From contig NW_002060943.1 in assembly GCF_000150275.1 (NCBI RefSeq), forward strand, positions 10,974,878 to 11,038,877: 64,000 bases of DNA, written 5' to 3'. Position numbers and translations under genes: made by a program. Shown here one piece after another: positions 14,801 through 26,391 of this stretch. The notes under the pieces are model-generated. The model did not search any database. It was not told the DNA's origin and saw nothing but the letters and a program-made list of their open reading frames with translations. How positions within the stretch are numbered: position 1 is the stretch's first letter; each line of letters opens with the position of its first letter. This DNA is from Trichoplax adhaerens. Its lineage: Eukaryota > Animalia > Placozoa.

Positions 14801-17800
14801 TGCATAACCGATAAATTTGGTATAAATGAATAGGACCTAATAGGAATGGCGACACCCGACTCGTAGATGTAAGCAATGATCATAAGCACGGACGAGTGGA
14901 AGTTTTCTACAATGGAACTTGGGGAACAGTTTGTAGTGATGGTTTCGAATTAACCTCTGCTCACGTTGTATGCAAGCAATTAGGATTTTATCGAGCTTCT
15001 ACTTTTAGTCGAACGAGTGAAAACTCGCCTGCGTATCAGAATGTGCCAATTGTTTTGGATAATGTACACTGCACTGGCACCGAATTATCTATATCTCAAT
15101 GCAGCAACACTGGCTGGCTTGTAGCTAACGGCTGTACTCATCACAAAGATGTTGAAGTAACTTGCCAAGGTAGAGGATTGTAGTTTTATTTACAAGAACC
15201 ACTATCAAGTAGCGTAAAGAAAATTTGGAATTTGTCGTATTGAGTAAATCATCTTCTGTATGTTTCTGAAGAGCGCCTGTATGAAAAGTTATAGTAAAAA
15301 TTGTAATCTTATTATGCACGTCATTATTGGTATTATAATAATTCTTATGGATACTAATACATTCCAAATATAGTTTGTAACGGCAATTAAATATAGATTT
15401 AGCTAGAAATAACGTTTTCTTCTCATTTAACCCTGATTTCTAGATGCATGTCAAGTAGCAAAGTGCGTCAATGGCCAATGTGTTGAACAATTTAATACTT
15501 ATAAATGTGTCTGCCAACCCGGATGGGCAGGGGATAGCTGTGAATTACGTGAGTCAGTAAATTCTCTCTAAGAAAAAAATCATGAAATAAAGCACGAGTA
15601 GCTGTTTGAACATATTACATAAGAGATCTACGTATATCAACTAAAAAATCCATAACTACTAATTCTTGACAATTAGTGTATGAAAAGCGTAATGGCTTTA
15701 TGTTTTCATAATTCTAGCAGATTTTTAGTATTTTATATAATCCTACCTTTTTCGAAATATTATAGGTGGAATTGTTTATCACACCCCACAGCAGATTTTT
15801 AGTATTTTATATCATCCTACCTTTTTCGAAATATTATAGGTGACAATTGTTTATCACATCCATGTTCTGCTAATGCTACTTGCCTAAACAATCGATTTGG
15901 CTATATATGCCAATGTCCGACGTCATTTTACGGCAAAAACTGTGAACTTGGTAATTAATATTTTTCAATTAATAAATCTTCAAAATTTTAAGCTAGATTG
16001 AGTTAGCATTGAATAAATAAACTAAAATATAGGTCCTGCTAGCAATGGAGATGTTCACTTGGTCAATGGCAGCCAGCCGAATATTGGTAGGCTGGAAATG
16101 TATAACAATGGCATATGGGGAACCGTTTGCGGTACAAATTTTGATCAGAATGACACTATGGTTGTCTGTCGCCAGTTGGGTTATAAATTTGCATGGTATA
16201 GTCGATGTTGTGGAGTTCACGGAGCTGGTAATAATTACATGTGGTTGGATTCAGTCCACTGTAAAGGAGCAGAGCCTAACTTACTAGCATGTGAACATAG
16301 TGGTCTAGGACTACGCCGTTGCAATCCGTCTAGCACAGTATCTGTTGCTTGTCTAAGTATGTTGTATTAAATTTTGATTGAAACTACTCCTTTGAATTGT
16401 TTTAAATCAAGGTTTTCTGCTTTTAAAGTTCAAACTTAACTAAACTGTAACTAAAATTTTAGATGATGCCTGTTTATCAAGTCCTTGTTGGAATGGAGTT
16501 TGCATCTCAACACCAACTGGACACACATGTAATTGCTACGCTGGTTGGACCGGCCTTAACTGCGCCACAATCGGTAACTTGTCGCTAATTCATAATATTT
16601 AGATACTTGAAAGATGTTTAAATGGCTTCCTGTTACCATTAATTTTGTCATCAAATATTTTTAACTCTTGGTACTTGCTGACATTCATATAATAGGAACA
16701 CAAAATAATACTTGCGCTACAAACCCATGTCTGAATGGTAATTGCATCAACACCAATAATGGAAATAATTTTACTTGCCAATGCCAAGGAGGCTATACTG
16801 GTAGGCGTTGCGAAACAGGTAAACCTCAATCGAAATACTTTGTACGGATAGTTTGATATACTCCATATTTCAATAGTAATTGATTGTATATTAACTATAA
16901 TCTTTTTAACTTTCGGATTCTTCAGAAAATAGATGCCTCCTGTCACCTTGTGCCAATGGAACTTGCACTCCTCGACTTGGTGGTTTCACTTGTACCTGTT
17001 TATCTGGTTGGACAGGAGCATACTGCAACGCAAGTAAATCCAACTGATCACAAATTAATTTAAGGATAAATTAAATCTTTTGGCTTTTACATTTTATCTG
17101 ATTATTAAATAAGTGATTCCTTTATGGCTACCTATCTAACATAGGTAATAGCTGTGCTTCGAGTCCTTGTAGCGCCAACGCAACCTGTCAACAGAACATT
17201 GATGGTCATCAGTGCTTATGCACAATTGGCTATTACGGCAGTGTCTGTCAATATGGTTTGTTAAATCAACGCAGTTGTTTCAATATTTATATTGATCACT
17301 TAATGCGACGAAATTGACAAGTTACTTTCGCATACATGTATGCATATATGCAGGGCCAGCAGCTGATGGATCTTTAAGATTAGTCGGTAACATGGCTAAT
17401 AGGGGGTTACTAGAAGTTTATCGTAACGGCATGTGGGGTTCAGTTTGTGATGCTGGATTCGGTTATATGGAAGCAATGGTAGCGTGTCGCCAATTAGGAT
17501 ATAATACGGCTGTTCGTGTTCGCTGTTGTGCACTTTTTGGCAAGAGTACTGGCCCCATTTTGCTAGCCAATATCAATTGCACAGGTACAGAGCAATCTTT
17601 ACTCCAATGCACATATGAAAACTGGACATCGTCCATGACTGCTTGCACGCACAACAAAGATGTTGGAATCCAATGTTCAGGTAGGGTAAGATGTAATTGG
17701 TTAGGGTATTTATGAAACAATCTATGAAAGATCAAAGTCAGTCTTATAATTAAATTTGTCAGTACCGTACATTCTATATTTTCAACTTCTAAATTATTTA

Positions 17801-20800
17801 AATGATCATGCTACTTTCTGAAGACTGCTATACCTTACCAATAATTTTTTAAACTCTATATAGATGATTATTGTGCTTCCAGTCCATGTGTTTCTGGTTC
17901 ATGTAATTCGCTGATCAACGGATACAATTGTAGTTGTCTTACAGGTTATAGAGGCAAAAGATGTGAATTTAGTAAGTTAATGTTAATAAGACCATTACCA
18001 ATCGTAGAATGATCAAGGAATCTTAATAGATTGTATTGTTTATATCGTCAAAGTCTAATTTTATAAATTATTAATTATCCATTATAAAGTTGATGGATGT
18101 TCAGGGAGTCCATGTTCTACTAATGCTACCTGCCAAAACATTGGCAATACCTTCCGATGCTTGTGTCCTGGTACTTCTTATGGCTCAAATTGTGCCAACG
18201 GTAATAAAGCATGCTAGTAATACAAGACATTTTGTAATTGCCTTGTGCCAATTAGTCATTGACAATACTACTGAAAATCACTACAAAACTATATTTAATG
18301 TTTAAACCTACTATAGCTGGGCCTCCTGCAAATGGAGTTATACAATTAGCTGGATCAGCTCAACCAGATCAAGGCCGCGTAGAAGTCTATTACAATGGCA
18401 GCTGGGGCACTATCTGCGATAATAACTTCGACTTCAAAGATGCTACTGTTATTTGTCATCAGTTAGGCTATCTTACAGCACTTACAGCAGGTTGTTGTCC
18501 TATATCTGGACAAGGAACGGGATCAGTATGGCTTAGTAATTTGCAATGCGATGGTACGGAATCAACGATATCTAGCTGCAAGCATAACGGATGGGGAAAT
18601 AATACATGCGCCAATGCTAAAGATGCATCAGTCACCTGCACAAGTACGACATGATAGAAACCTAGTGATATAATGGTATTCTGATGTTGCGGTCTCAAGC
18701 ATATGCTTATACACGTAACAGATATTAATTTACAATACTTAACTTTAGATATATTTCTAACATAAATGCTTGGTAATATAGTGTCACGATATTAATATTT
18801 TAAAAATTAGTTTATATTAAGTTTTACTAAGTATCATTTTAAAGCAATCATTACCAGCTTGTAGACGAACAACTTATTATTTAAATTTTATTCTAAAATT
18901 TTTTCCATCCGATTTACAAACAGATAGTTTCTGTGCTTCGTCACCCTGCATTCTCGGTCAATGTGCAAGCAATAGCAATTCATATACGTGTACATGCATT
19001 TCTGGTTTTACTGGCGTTAACTGCGAATCAAGTGGGTTACAAACTTTATTACTTTTAAGCATCCATTAGCCCTACCAGATAAAATTAAACCATGCCAAAC
19101 CATATTTTCTACATAACTACATTTAAATTAATTTATCGGTCGCATTTTGATGTAATTATTGTAGTTTATTTAAATTTGGATTCTTCCTCCTGTAGGATAT
19201 GCCTGTTTCTCCAACCCATGTCCAGCTAACGCAACGTGTATCGGTGATAGCACATATTCATGTCAATGCCCTCCTGGTTATTATGGGCGATTCTGTGAAA
19301 AAGGTAGCGTATTTTTATAACCAAATAAATTTTTGCTGTATATGAAAAATATACGGTATGCTAAACTATATTAATTATAGTTATGGTGCTAACTATATAC
19401 TGTAACAAACTCTATATAGTGGCCTCTGTATTGCGATACTAGAGAAACAGCAGAGGATGATTGTGTTCTTATTTGAAATTTCATAGGTCCAGTAAAAGAA
19501 GGAGATATAACATTAGTTAACGGACCGACAGCATTACGTGGTCGATTGGAAATATATCATAATGGCGAATGGGGAACAGTATGTGATCAAAACTTTAACA
19601 CTACTGATGGCAATGTTGTCTGTAGGCAATTGGGCTATGCTAGATCTGTTGGAGTAACGTGCTGTGGAGGAAACGGACAAGGAATAGGTAAAATCTGGCT
19701 CACCAATGTCCAGTGTAATGGCCAAGAAAGTACTTTATCTCAGTGTTCTCATACGGGCTGGAATAATAATACCTGTGCACACAGTCGGGACGTTGGAGTT
19801 AGCTGTCAACGTAAGCATAATAACATTGTCAATATTTGAAGATTTAATATGTTCGCTTAATAATTTTTAACGTTGATGTATCAGTATATATGGATAGCTA
19901 AATGCTAAATTGATCTGTAATACCTTTAGGCGACCCATGTACTCCATTCTCACCATGCTTCCGTGGATCTTGTGTAGCTATCAATTCGGTCAACTATACA
20001 TGCACGTGCTATCCAGGATATACTGGTAGAAACTGCGATCAAGGTAAGGATAAGTTTTTTAATATAGTAGATTGACATCATTATGATAACCTGTTCATCA
20101 GGAAATGCAAGTAGTGAGATATTAAACTCGAGTCAATATCGATTTGAAATTTAATGCAGCATTCTTGTATTGATTAATTAGTCGTTGATAATTGCTTACA
20201 AAATCCATGTTCAAGCAATGCCACTTGTCAATCATTCTTTGGTGGCTACAACTGTGTATGCCCAGGCACTTCATTTGGTCCAATGTGTGAATATGGTAAG
20301 TACCAATGTATAACTTGAGACGTAATTAAAGTCTATGGAAATTCTAGCTATGCAGCTATTTTAATTATTTGCTCTTATAAATACCAGCAGTAAGGTAGGC
20401 AAATTATGAAATGAATTATTTGTATGCTCTGATGTATAATAAATTACAATAACTGAACTACATTACAATCTACAGCTGCACCTCAAGAAGGTGATATTCA
20501 ACTCAACTACAATGTAGCTCCTGGAAATGGCTATTTATTGGTGTACCATAACAATCAATGGGGTAGAATTTGCTTTACTGGTTTCTCTCGTTACTCTGAC
20601 TTCAATCAGGAAGTAATTTGCAGACAGCTTGGATATCAAACATTTCAACCGTGGCTAGCACCGGGTATATATACAGTAGACAAGTCCGTTATCGTCAACG
20701 ATTTATATTGCAAAGGATCTGAAAGTTCGATCAGACAGTGTACCTACAGTAAGCAATCAACAGGCTTTTGTACTGGACCTAATGCTAACAGACCGATTGG

Positions 20801-23800
20801 TATTAAATGCACAAGTAAGTTACGTCCTTTATTTCAACGTTGTATTTTGTGATAAAAATTCTTTAAATAGCCACGGTACTGGCAAAGCATTCTTTGTTAA
20901 GAAAGTTGTTCCTTTATAACGGTAGATCATCCATGTTATGCAACTGCTGTATGCAATCATGGTTCATGCAGTGTCTTAACCAATGGTTCATATCAATGCT
21001 TCTGCTACCCTGGATGGTCGGGATCTAACTGTAATCAAAGTAAGTAATAAGTGAGAAAAGTAATTAACACTATGAGTAGTTATCTATACCCCTTAAATGA
21101 TCAAAACGCACCTTACATTCAGTGTAAAATTACTAACTGTTCGTTTCTAAAAATTCAAATCTTCACGTAGACATTAATGAATGCCAGTCTAATCCTTGCA
21201 GTTCCAACCCAAATATGGTATGCGTAGATGAAATTAATGGTTACTCTTGCAAATGTGCTGATGGCTATACTGGTTATCAGTGCCGCTACCGTAAGTTATT
21301 AATATCTAGGCAAATGGTTCCCGCGCAATATTGAGTCTATAATACAGTTAAAAAGATTATAAATGGCTTTAAACTAATTTTGAATCAAAATTTATAGAGG
21401 CAAACAAGATAGGAATACGCTTAGTCGATGGAGGATCTTATATAGAAGGTAGAATAGAAATTTATTCTCATGGTCAGTGGGGAACAATTTGTGGTGATAG
21501 TTGGAGCTTGGCCGACGGCAATGTAGTATGCCGTCAATTAGGTTTTCGTGGTGCTCAAGCGGTACCTAATATTCAACGATATGGTTATGCCACTGGTCCA
21601 ATTATCTTCGATGATGTTCATTGCGTCGGATTTGAAAGCTCAATTTCGAGATGTCGACATAGTAGAATAGGAATAACAAACTGTGGTCATGCCGAAGACG
21701 CGGCTATCATATGTCAAAGTAACTTTACTTGTAATATGTTAACTAGTTATGATAAATTAGTCTACGTTCCGAATTTAAGTTATTTTGATCGTATTATAAA
21801 CCTTAGATGCGCCATTCAACAGCACTATGTCTAAGCCGTCAAATACAACAAGGTTAGACGTATAATTGATGTTAGATTAAGTGAATAACAGTTAAATTTT
21901 AGCCATTAATACAATTGTTCTTCAATAGTTCTCCACTAGCTTCACTAATACCATGTATTCAGCGGCCTCCAGGTACAATAATCTCCCTGTATAATTCCAT
22001 TTGTTTTCATATTATATTATTTCGCTATGTAGTCACTTATAATTTTAATTTCCTGTAATAGCACTACAGCTTCCTTGCGACAGTTCGCCGTGCAGCGCTT
22101 TCAACACAACTTGTGTCAACATCTTCAGCGGAACATCCTTTTATTGCAAATGTAAAATGGGCTATTTCAATGGAATCGGCTGTATAACTGGTAACTGAGA
22201 CATTGATATAGATATCAATCCTATCATATATTATGAATATTAATCAATTAGTACATAGCAATAAAGAATGTATTTCTAACCTCAGAGTTTCTCATCACTT
22301 TTCACGAATTTAAATATAGCAATACTAGTACAATTTGAACAAAATCCGGTTGCGGCTTTTACGACCCTACCATTAACTTTAACTTGCTCAGCGTATGGTG
22401 ATCCATTACCAAAAATAGCATTCTATCGTGAATCTGAAGCGATTACCACCGGCCCTACTATATCAATATCAACAAGTACTAGCGGCAAATACACTGTAAC
22501 ATCAATACTTACAATATCTCAGATTCAATTCAACACCTTTGGTTCTTACTGGTGTACCGCTTCAAATTCTATCACAGTATCCAGTCAGAAGTTTATGTTT
22601 GGTAAAAACTCTTATCTTATTATGATAATACATACATCTTAGTGCTATCAAGTGAAGCTACCTATGTACTACATATACTATATAAATACTGTACGTATTA
22701 ATGTTTTGTTTCTACTACTTTTAACCAGCTCCTAAATCCTACTCTGTGACTCTAACATTGTCTACGCCGTATGTAAATGCCTATTCTAACCCTAACAGCG
22801 TAGAATTCCGAAATATCGAAAGCAGTGTGACCAATCAAGTAATATTCGATTACAATTTATATATTAATTAAGACCCGGATATATAATCAAGAAGTTTTCA
22901 ATTAAAATATGTAGCTACCGGTAGTTTACTTAAAATTAATATTTCGTTAAATTTTAATACCCCGGTAATCTATTAATTAGTTTTGCTAAATTGCTTCCAA
23001 ATTAGAATAAGTAGCTACTGTTAATTGAGTTAAAACTGACATTTTGGTACATTTAGGTTAGGCAAACTTTTGCAGCGAACGCTGTATCAAGCAACAGCTT
23101 TGTAGACGTCAGAGTTGTTTCTATTAGGTAAGCTTCTAAATGGCAGTATACAGTACGCTTCTCTTAATATTTACTGCCGGAAATGAGTGCAAAGTCTGTT
23201 TTAACGTTTGACGATGATGTGTACTAATCTTAGTTTCAATAATTTTACTTAACAGTCGCTGTAGTACCTGTGCTAGTAGCAGTATCAACGTCAACTGTGC
23301 TATCTATTTGAGATCGACTTCCACCGTACTTCTCAACCAAGTGCAACAAGTTGCAAACACTATTAAATCTATCGGTAGCATTCAAGTAGCCAACACCACT
23401 ACTAATAGTAAGTAACTGGTATATGAGTAAACGTGATACCGAGATATTAGATGAAAATTTATACTTAATACAATCATTTTTACCATAATAAATTTAAGGC
23501 ACTTTAATAATCGAAATTTTTTACCGACTTATCCTCACTAGATTATAACCTTTGCAGTACATCCTTGAATAACTGTAGCCAAAATCAAAATTGTATGACA
23601 ATTGGATCATCTATTCGATGTGATTGTAAACCAGGATTTAAGAAAAACGGCACTGTTTGTTCAGGTAATATTAACAAGAGCTGTCATTAGAAGAAAATAG
23701 TTTTACGGAAAACGGTCCTAAATATCGCCATAGTGAAATAGCTTTAAACTATCCTTAGAAGTACTCTATTTTTATTACCGCATTAGGCTAAATATTTCTA

Positions 23801-25042
23801 TTTGATAATAATATAGACATTAACGAATGCTTAAGTAACATCTGTCCACCCAATACCAATTGCCGTAATACCATCGGTTCATATAATTGCCCATGTAACA
23901 GTGGATACATATTGGATTCATCTAATTTCTGTCAAAGTAAGACAATTTTGAGGTGTTAATTAATCATAAATAATTGGTAGTAAATTGATATAGAATATCA
24001 ATTAATGTTACTACGGTAGAATCGTATTTAATGTATAGAGATGAGTTAACGTATTCACCATCTTGGTATATTCGCTTATTAGGCATATGCCCAACTGATT
24101 ACTGTTTAAATGGTGGAACTTGCACAACTTTTAATAATAAACCAGTATGCTCGTAAGTATTACTGGAATTTAAGTTTATTAACTTTCGTTGATATGATTA
24201 AATAAATTATGTATCTATTATATTTTCTCAACAGTTGCAATAATCCATATCGAGGCAACCGATGCGAAACAGGTTCCTCTACGCAAAGTTAGTAATAACA
24301 TGTTGCGTACTGTATGACCTCATTACCTTATAGAATTAATCGTACAGCCTGGTTGTAAATGCGTTTCTAAATAGTAGTAGCTATGATAAAGTCGACGAAA
24401 ATATTATGTACACATCCCAAAAAGGTATTTTAAGTTTGTTTATTTCATTCCATAGCTGGCACTATCATAGGTATAGCATTGGGTAGTGTTGCTGCTATCA
24501 TTATTACCATGATCATTCTGGTCGTCTATATTAAGCACAAATCCGTCCCAGTGAAAAGGCAATGCTCATAGATCGAATAAATCTAGATAGTTTCGATATT
24601 GATCACTGAAATTTTCTTGAAATGTCCGAGGGATTGATTAACAATGTTGATTATTATCTTTAAACTGGAAATATAGTACAAGCACAATGGCTCTTGCTAA
24701 TGCCCAATCAATATCGTCTACAAGTGTTCAAGGTAGCAGTTTTAAGCTATAAACTATTAATGTAGCCCATTAATGTAGACTGAGCCTAGTATGATAGAAA
24801 TGACTGTATTATAGATGCTGACTATACTAGAGTATATAGAGCATATTATTCCTAGCTTATTCATATAAGATTAATACCGGATCTTAATTTTTCATTGGTA
24901 ACTAATGGTAAAGTTAAGTAAAAGATTTCTCAAGCTTTAATTTACAACGACATACAATGATTTGAAACTTTTCTCTAACCATGTTACAGGACACGAAAAT
25001 CCATACAGCATAGAAAGTAAAAAAGAAGTCTCTAACTTTTAA
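2053..25042 (+). CDS. Multi-exon type-I membrane SRCR/EGF/Ig/SEA receptor (DMBT1-like SRCR domains; 16 SRCR, ~39 EGF, 2 Ig, 1 SEA, TM)
   Basis: Manual splicing. Exon 1 2053/2065-2109 ([19 protein letters not shown]|GTAAGT) and exon 2 2803-2827 (ATAISTPL) form a signal peptide. They are followed by phase-1 EGF exons (3004-3114, 3226-3360, 3516-3653 and onward) and single-exon SRCR domains starting near 4600, 5117, 6144, 7740, 8833, 9781, 11034, 12042, 14385, 14834, 16033, 17354, 18317, 19487, 20476 and 21398 (GRVEV...WGT(I/V)C...CRQLG motifs). Ig exons are 13139-13426 and 22320-22601, SEA 22729-23407, TM exon 24456-24558 and last exon 24990-25042 ([17 protein letters not shown]). Confidence 0.9.
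3004..13426 (+). repeat. Intragenic super-repeat unit 1: EGF3-SRCR2-EGF2-SRCR-EGF4-SRCR-EGF2-SRCR-EGF2-SRCR-EGF2-SRCR*-EGF-cbEGF-SRCR-linker-EGF-Ig
   Basis: Exon order matches 13531-22601 one-to-one, with paired diagnostic sequences: RYPCD EGF (3226 vs 13763), [17 protein letters not shown] vs [26 protein letters not shown]...GLRRC, WGRICF...RPIG. Confidence 0.9.
13531..22601 (+). repeat. Intragenic super-repeat unit 2 (paralogous to 3004-13426)
   Basis: Same domain and exon order as unit 1. Protein similarity is retained while the introns show no visible similarity. Confidence 0.9.
15716..15861 (+). repeat. ~74-bp near-perfect tandem duplication of an intron 3' end, splice acceptor and EGF exon start
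   Basis: agcagatttttagtattttatat(a/c)atcctaccttt(t)tcgaaatattatag|gtg... occurs at ~15716 and again at ~15790. Confidence 0.9.
22729..23407 (+). other. SEA domain exons (22729-22838, 23057-23127, 23256-23407)
   Basis: [36 protein letters not shown]|[24 protein letters not shown]|[18 protein letters not shown] fits the SEA pattern (NPxSxEF helix followed by a beta-hairpin), with the typical 0/2 intron phases and a membrane-proximal position before EGFs. Confidence 0.7.
24456..24558 (+). other. Transmembrane-helix exon of the SRCR/EGF receptor
   Basis: [25 protein letters not shown] followed by the basic stop-transfer sequence KHK. Confidence 0.85.
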
Positions 25043-25148
25043 ATCAACTAAGCCATAATTAATCTTCGAAATCTTATGGTGTTCGTTATTCCTTGTTATA
25101 AAATGAAAAAACTTTTCAGCAAATAGTTTTAATCAATATTTTTCTTGC

Positions 25149-25154
25149 AATAAA
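25149..25154 (+). promoter_or_regulatory. Candidate polyadenylation signal AATAAA of the SRCR/EGF gene
   Basis: AATAAA ~107 nt after the stop codon. Weak evidence in AT-rich DNA. Confidence 0.35.
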
Positions 25155-26391
25155 TTCACTCCCTTTACATTTTTAATCTTATTCAGATGATTTTAGTCTA
25201 ACTTCAATACTAATGTATTAGTAATTAACTATCTTCTCGTACACTATTTAAAAATTTACTCGACGATCGAAGCTATAAATATTTAATCGTAATTTCAATC
25301 AGCATACTTGTCGTTTCAACGATTTTTAAAATATTTTTGACTGTGATATAATAACACCGAACCATCTATTTCCTACGAATTTATCAGCATCCATTTACGG
25401 AATCGTTTTATGAATTTTATTCTTACATTATTAGCAATCTGCAGTAAAGTAAAATATCGTAGTGTAAAATTTTCAATTTTGCCTAATGAAATGCATCTTC
25501 AGTGCAATTAGTAATGCATGCTAATATTTGTATGGTATAATATTTAATTCAAAAGTGTTATCGTAGTGATAGGATCAGATAAATTGTCATTAACTGATAC
25601 CATTTGAATATAATCGAGTAATTGGATTTGTTCGTAAATCAAATCAAGGTAGATTAATTTTATTTTTATCTAAAGAGCTTTTAAACGAATACAGTAGTTA
25701 CTAATTCATCTCAATAGACAGATTTAATGAACTGCTTGCGTTAACTACAAGCGTTAAAAGACAGGATTTCAATCAGTGCAAATTAATGCAAGGAAAGATA
25801 ATGCTACCAAAGAACCTCAAAAATTATAACCATTAACATCCAACATCATCAAAAATCTTTAGAACTAGTGATTATTAGATCCTAAAGATTAACTAGTGAT
25901 AATGATATTTCCGCTTGATCGTGCTATTAATTGAAGAAATATACATTAATAAGAGTCTACATTAGCGTTTTATTAAGATTTACTATCTCAATGTAAGATG
26001 AGATATAGCCTGGTATCATTTTACTCTGTAGTCAACAAATTATTAATACTTAAACATCTACATATTTAGTACAGTAGTATTGAATTTTTGAATTTGTTAA
26101 AGAAACTTCTTGTTATAAACTTGTAATATCAATAATGAATCTAATTTTAATACTACAAATTAACTAACTCATAGTGAAGATAACGTTAAAATAGCGAGTC
26201 TTTCATTTTAACATCAGTGTGTAATATACAATTACACGTTAAATATATAATATATTGCTATAGACCAAACATTCCACAACTTAAAAGAAAATTACCAATT
26301 ACTCACTACTAAAGCTAGCAAGATTGCAAAATCCGCTTATCTGGTTTGAGAATAATGCCGTAATGGGGGAGACAAAATATTGTGTAATCCA

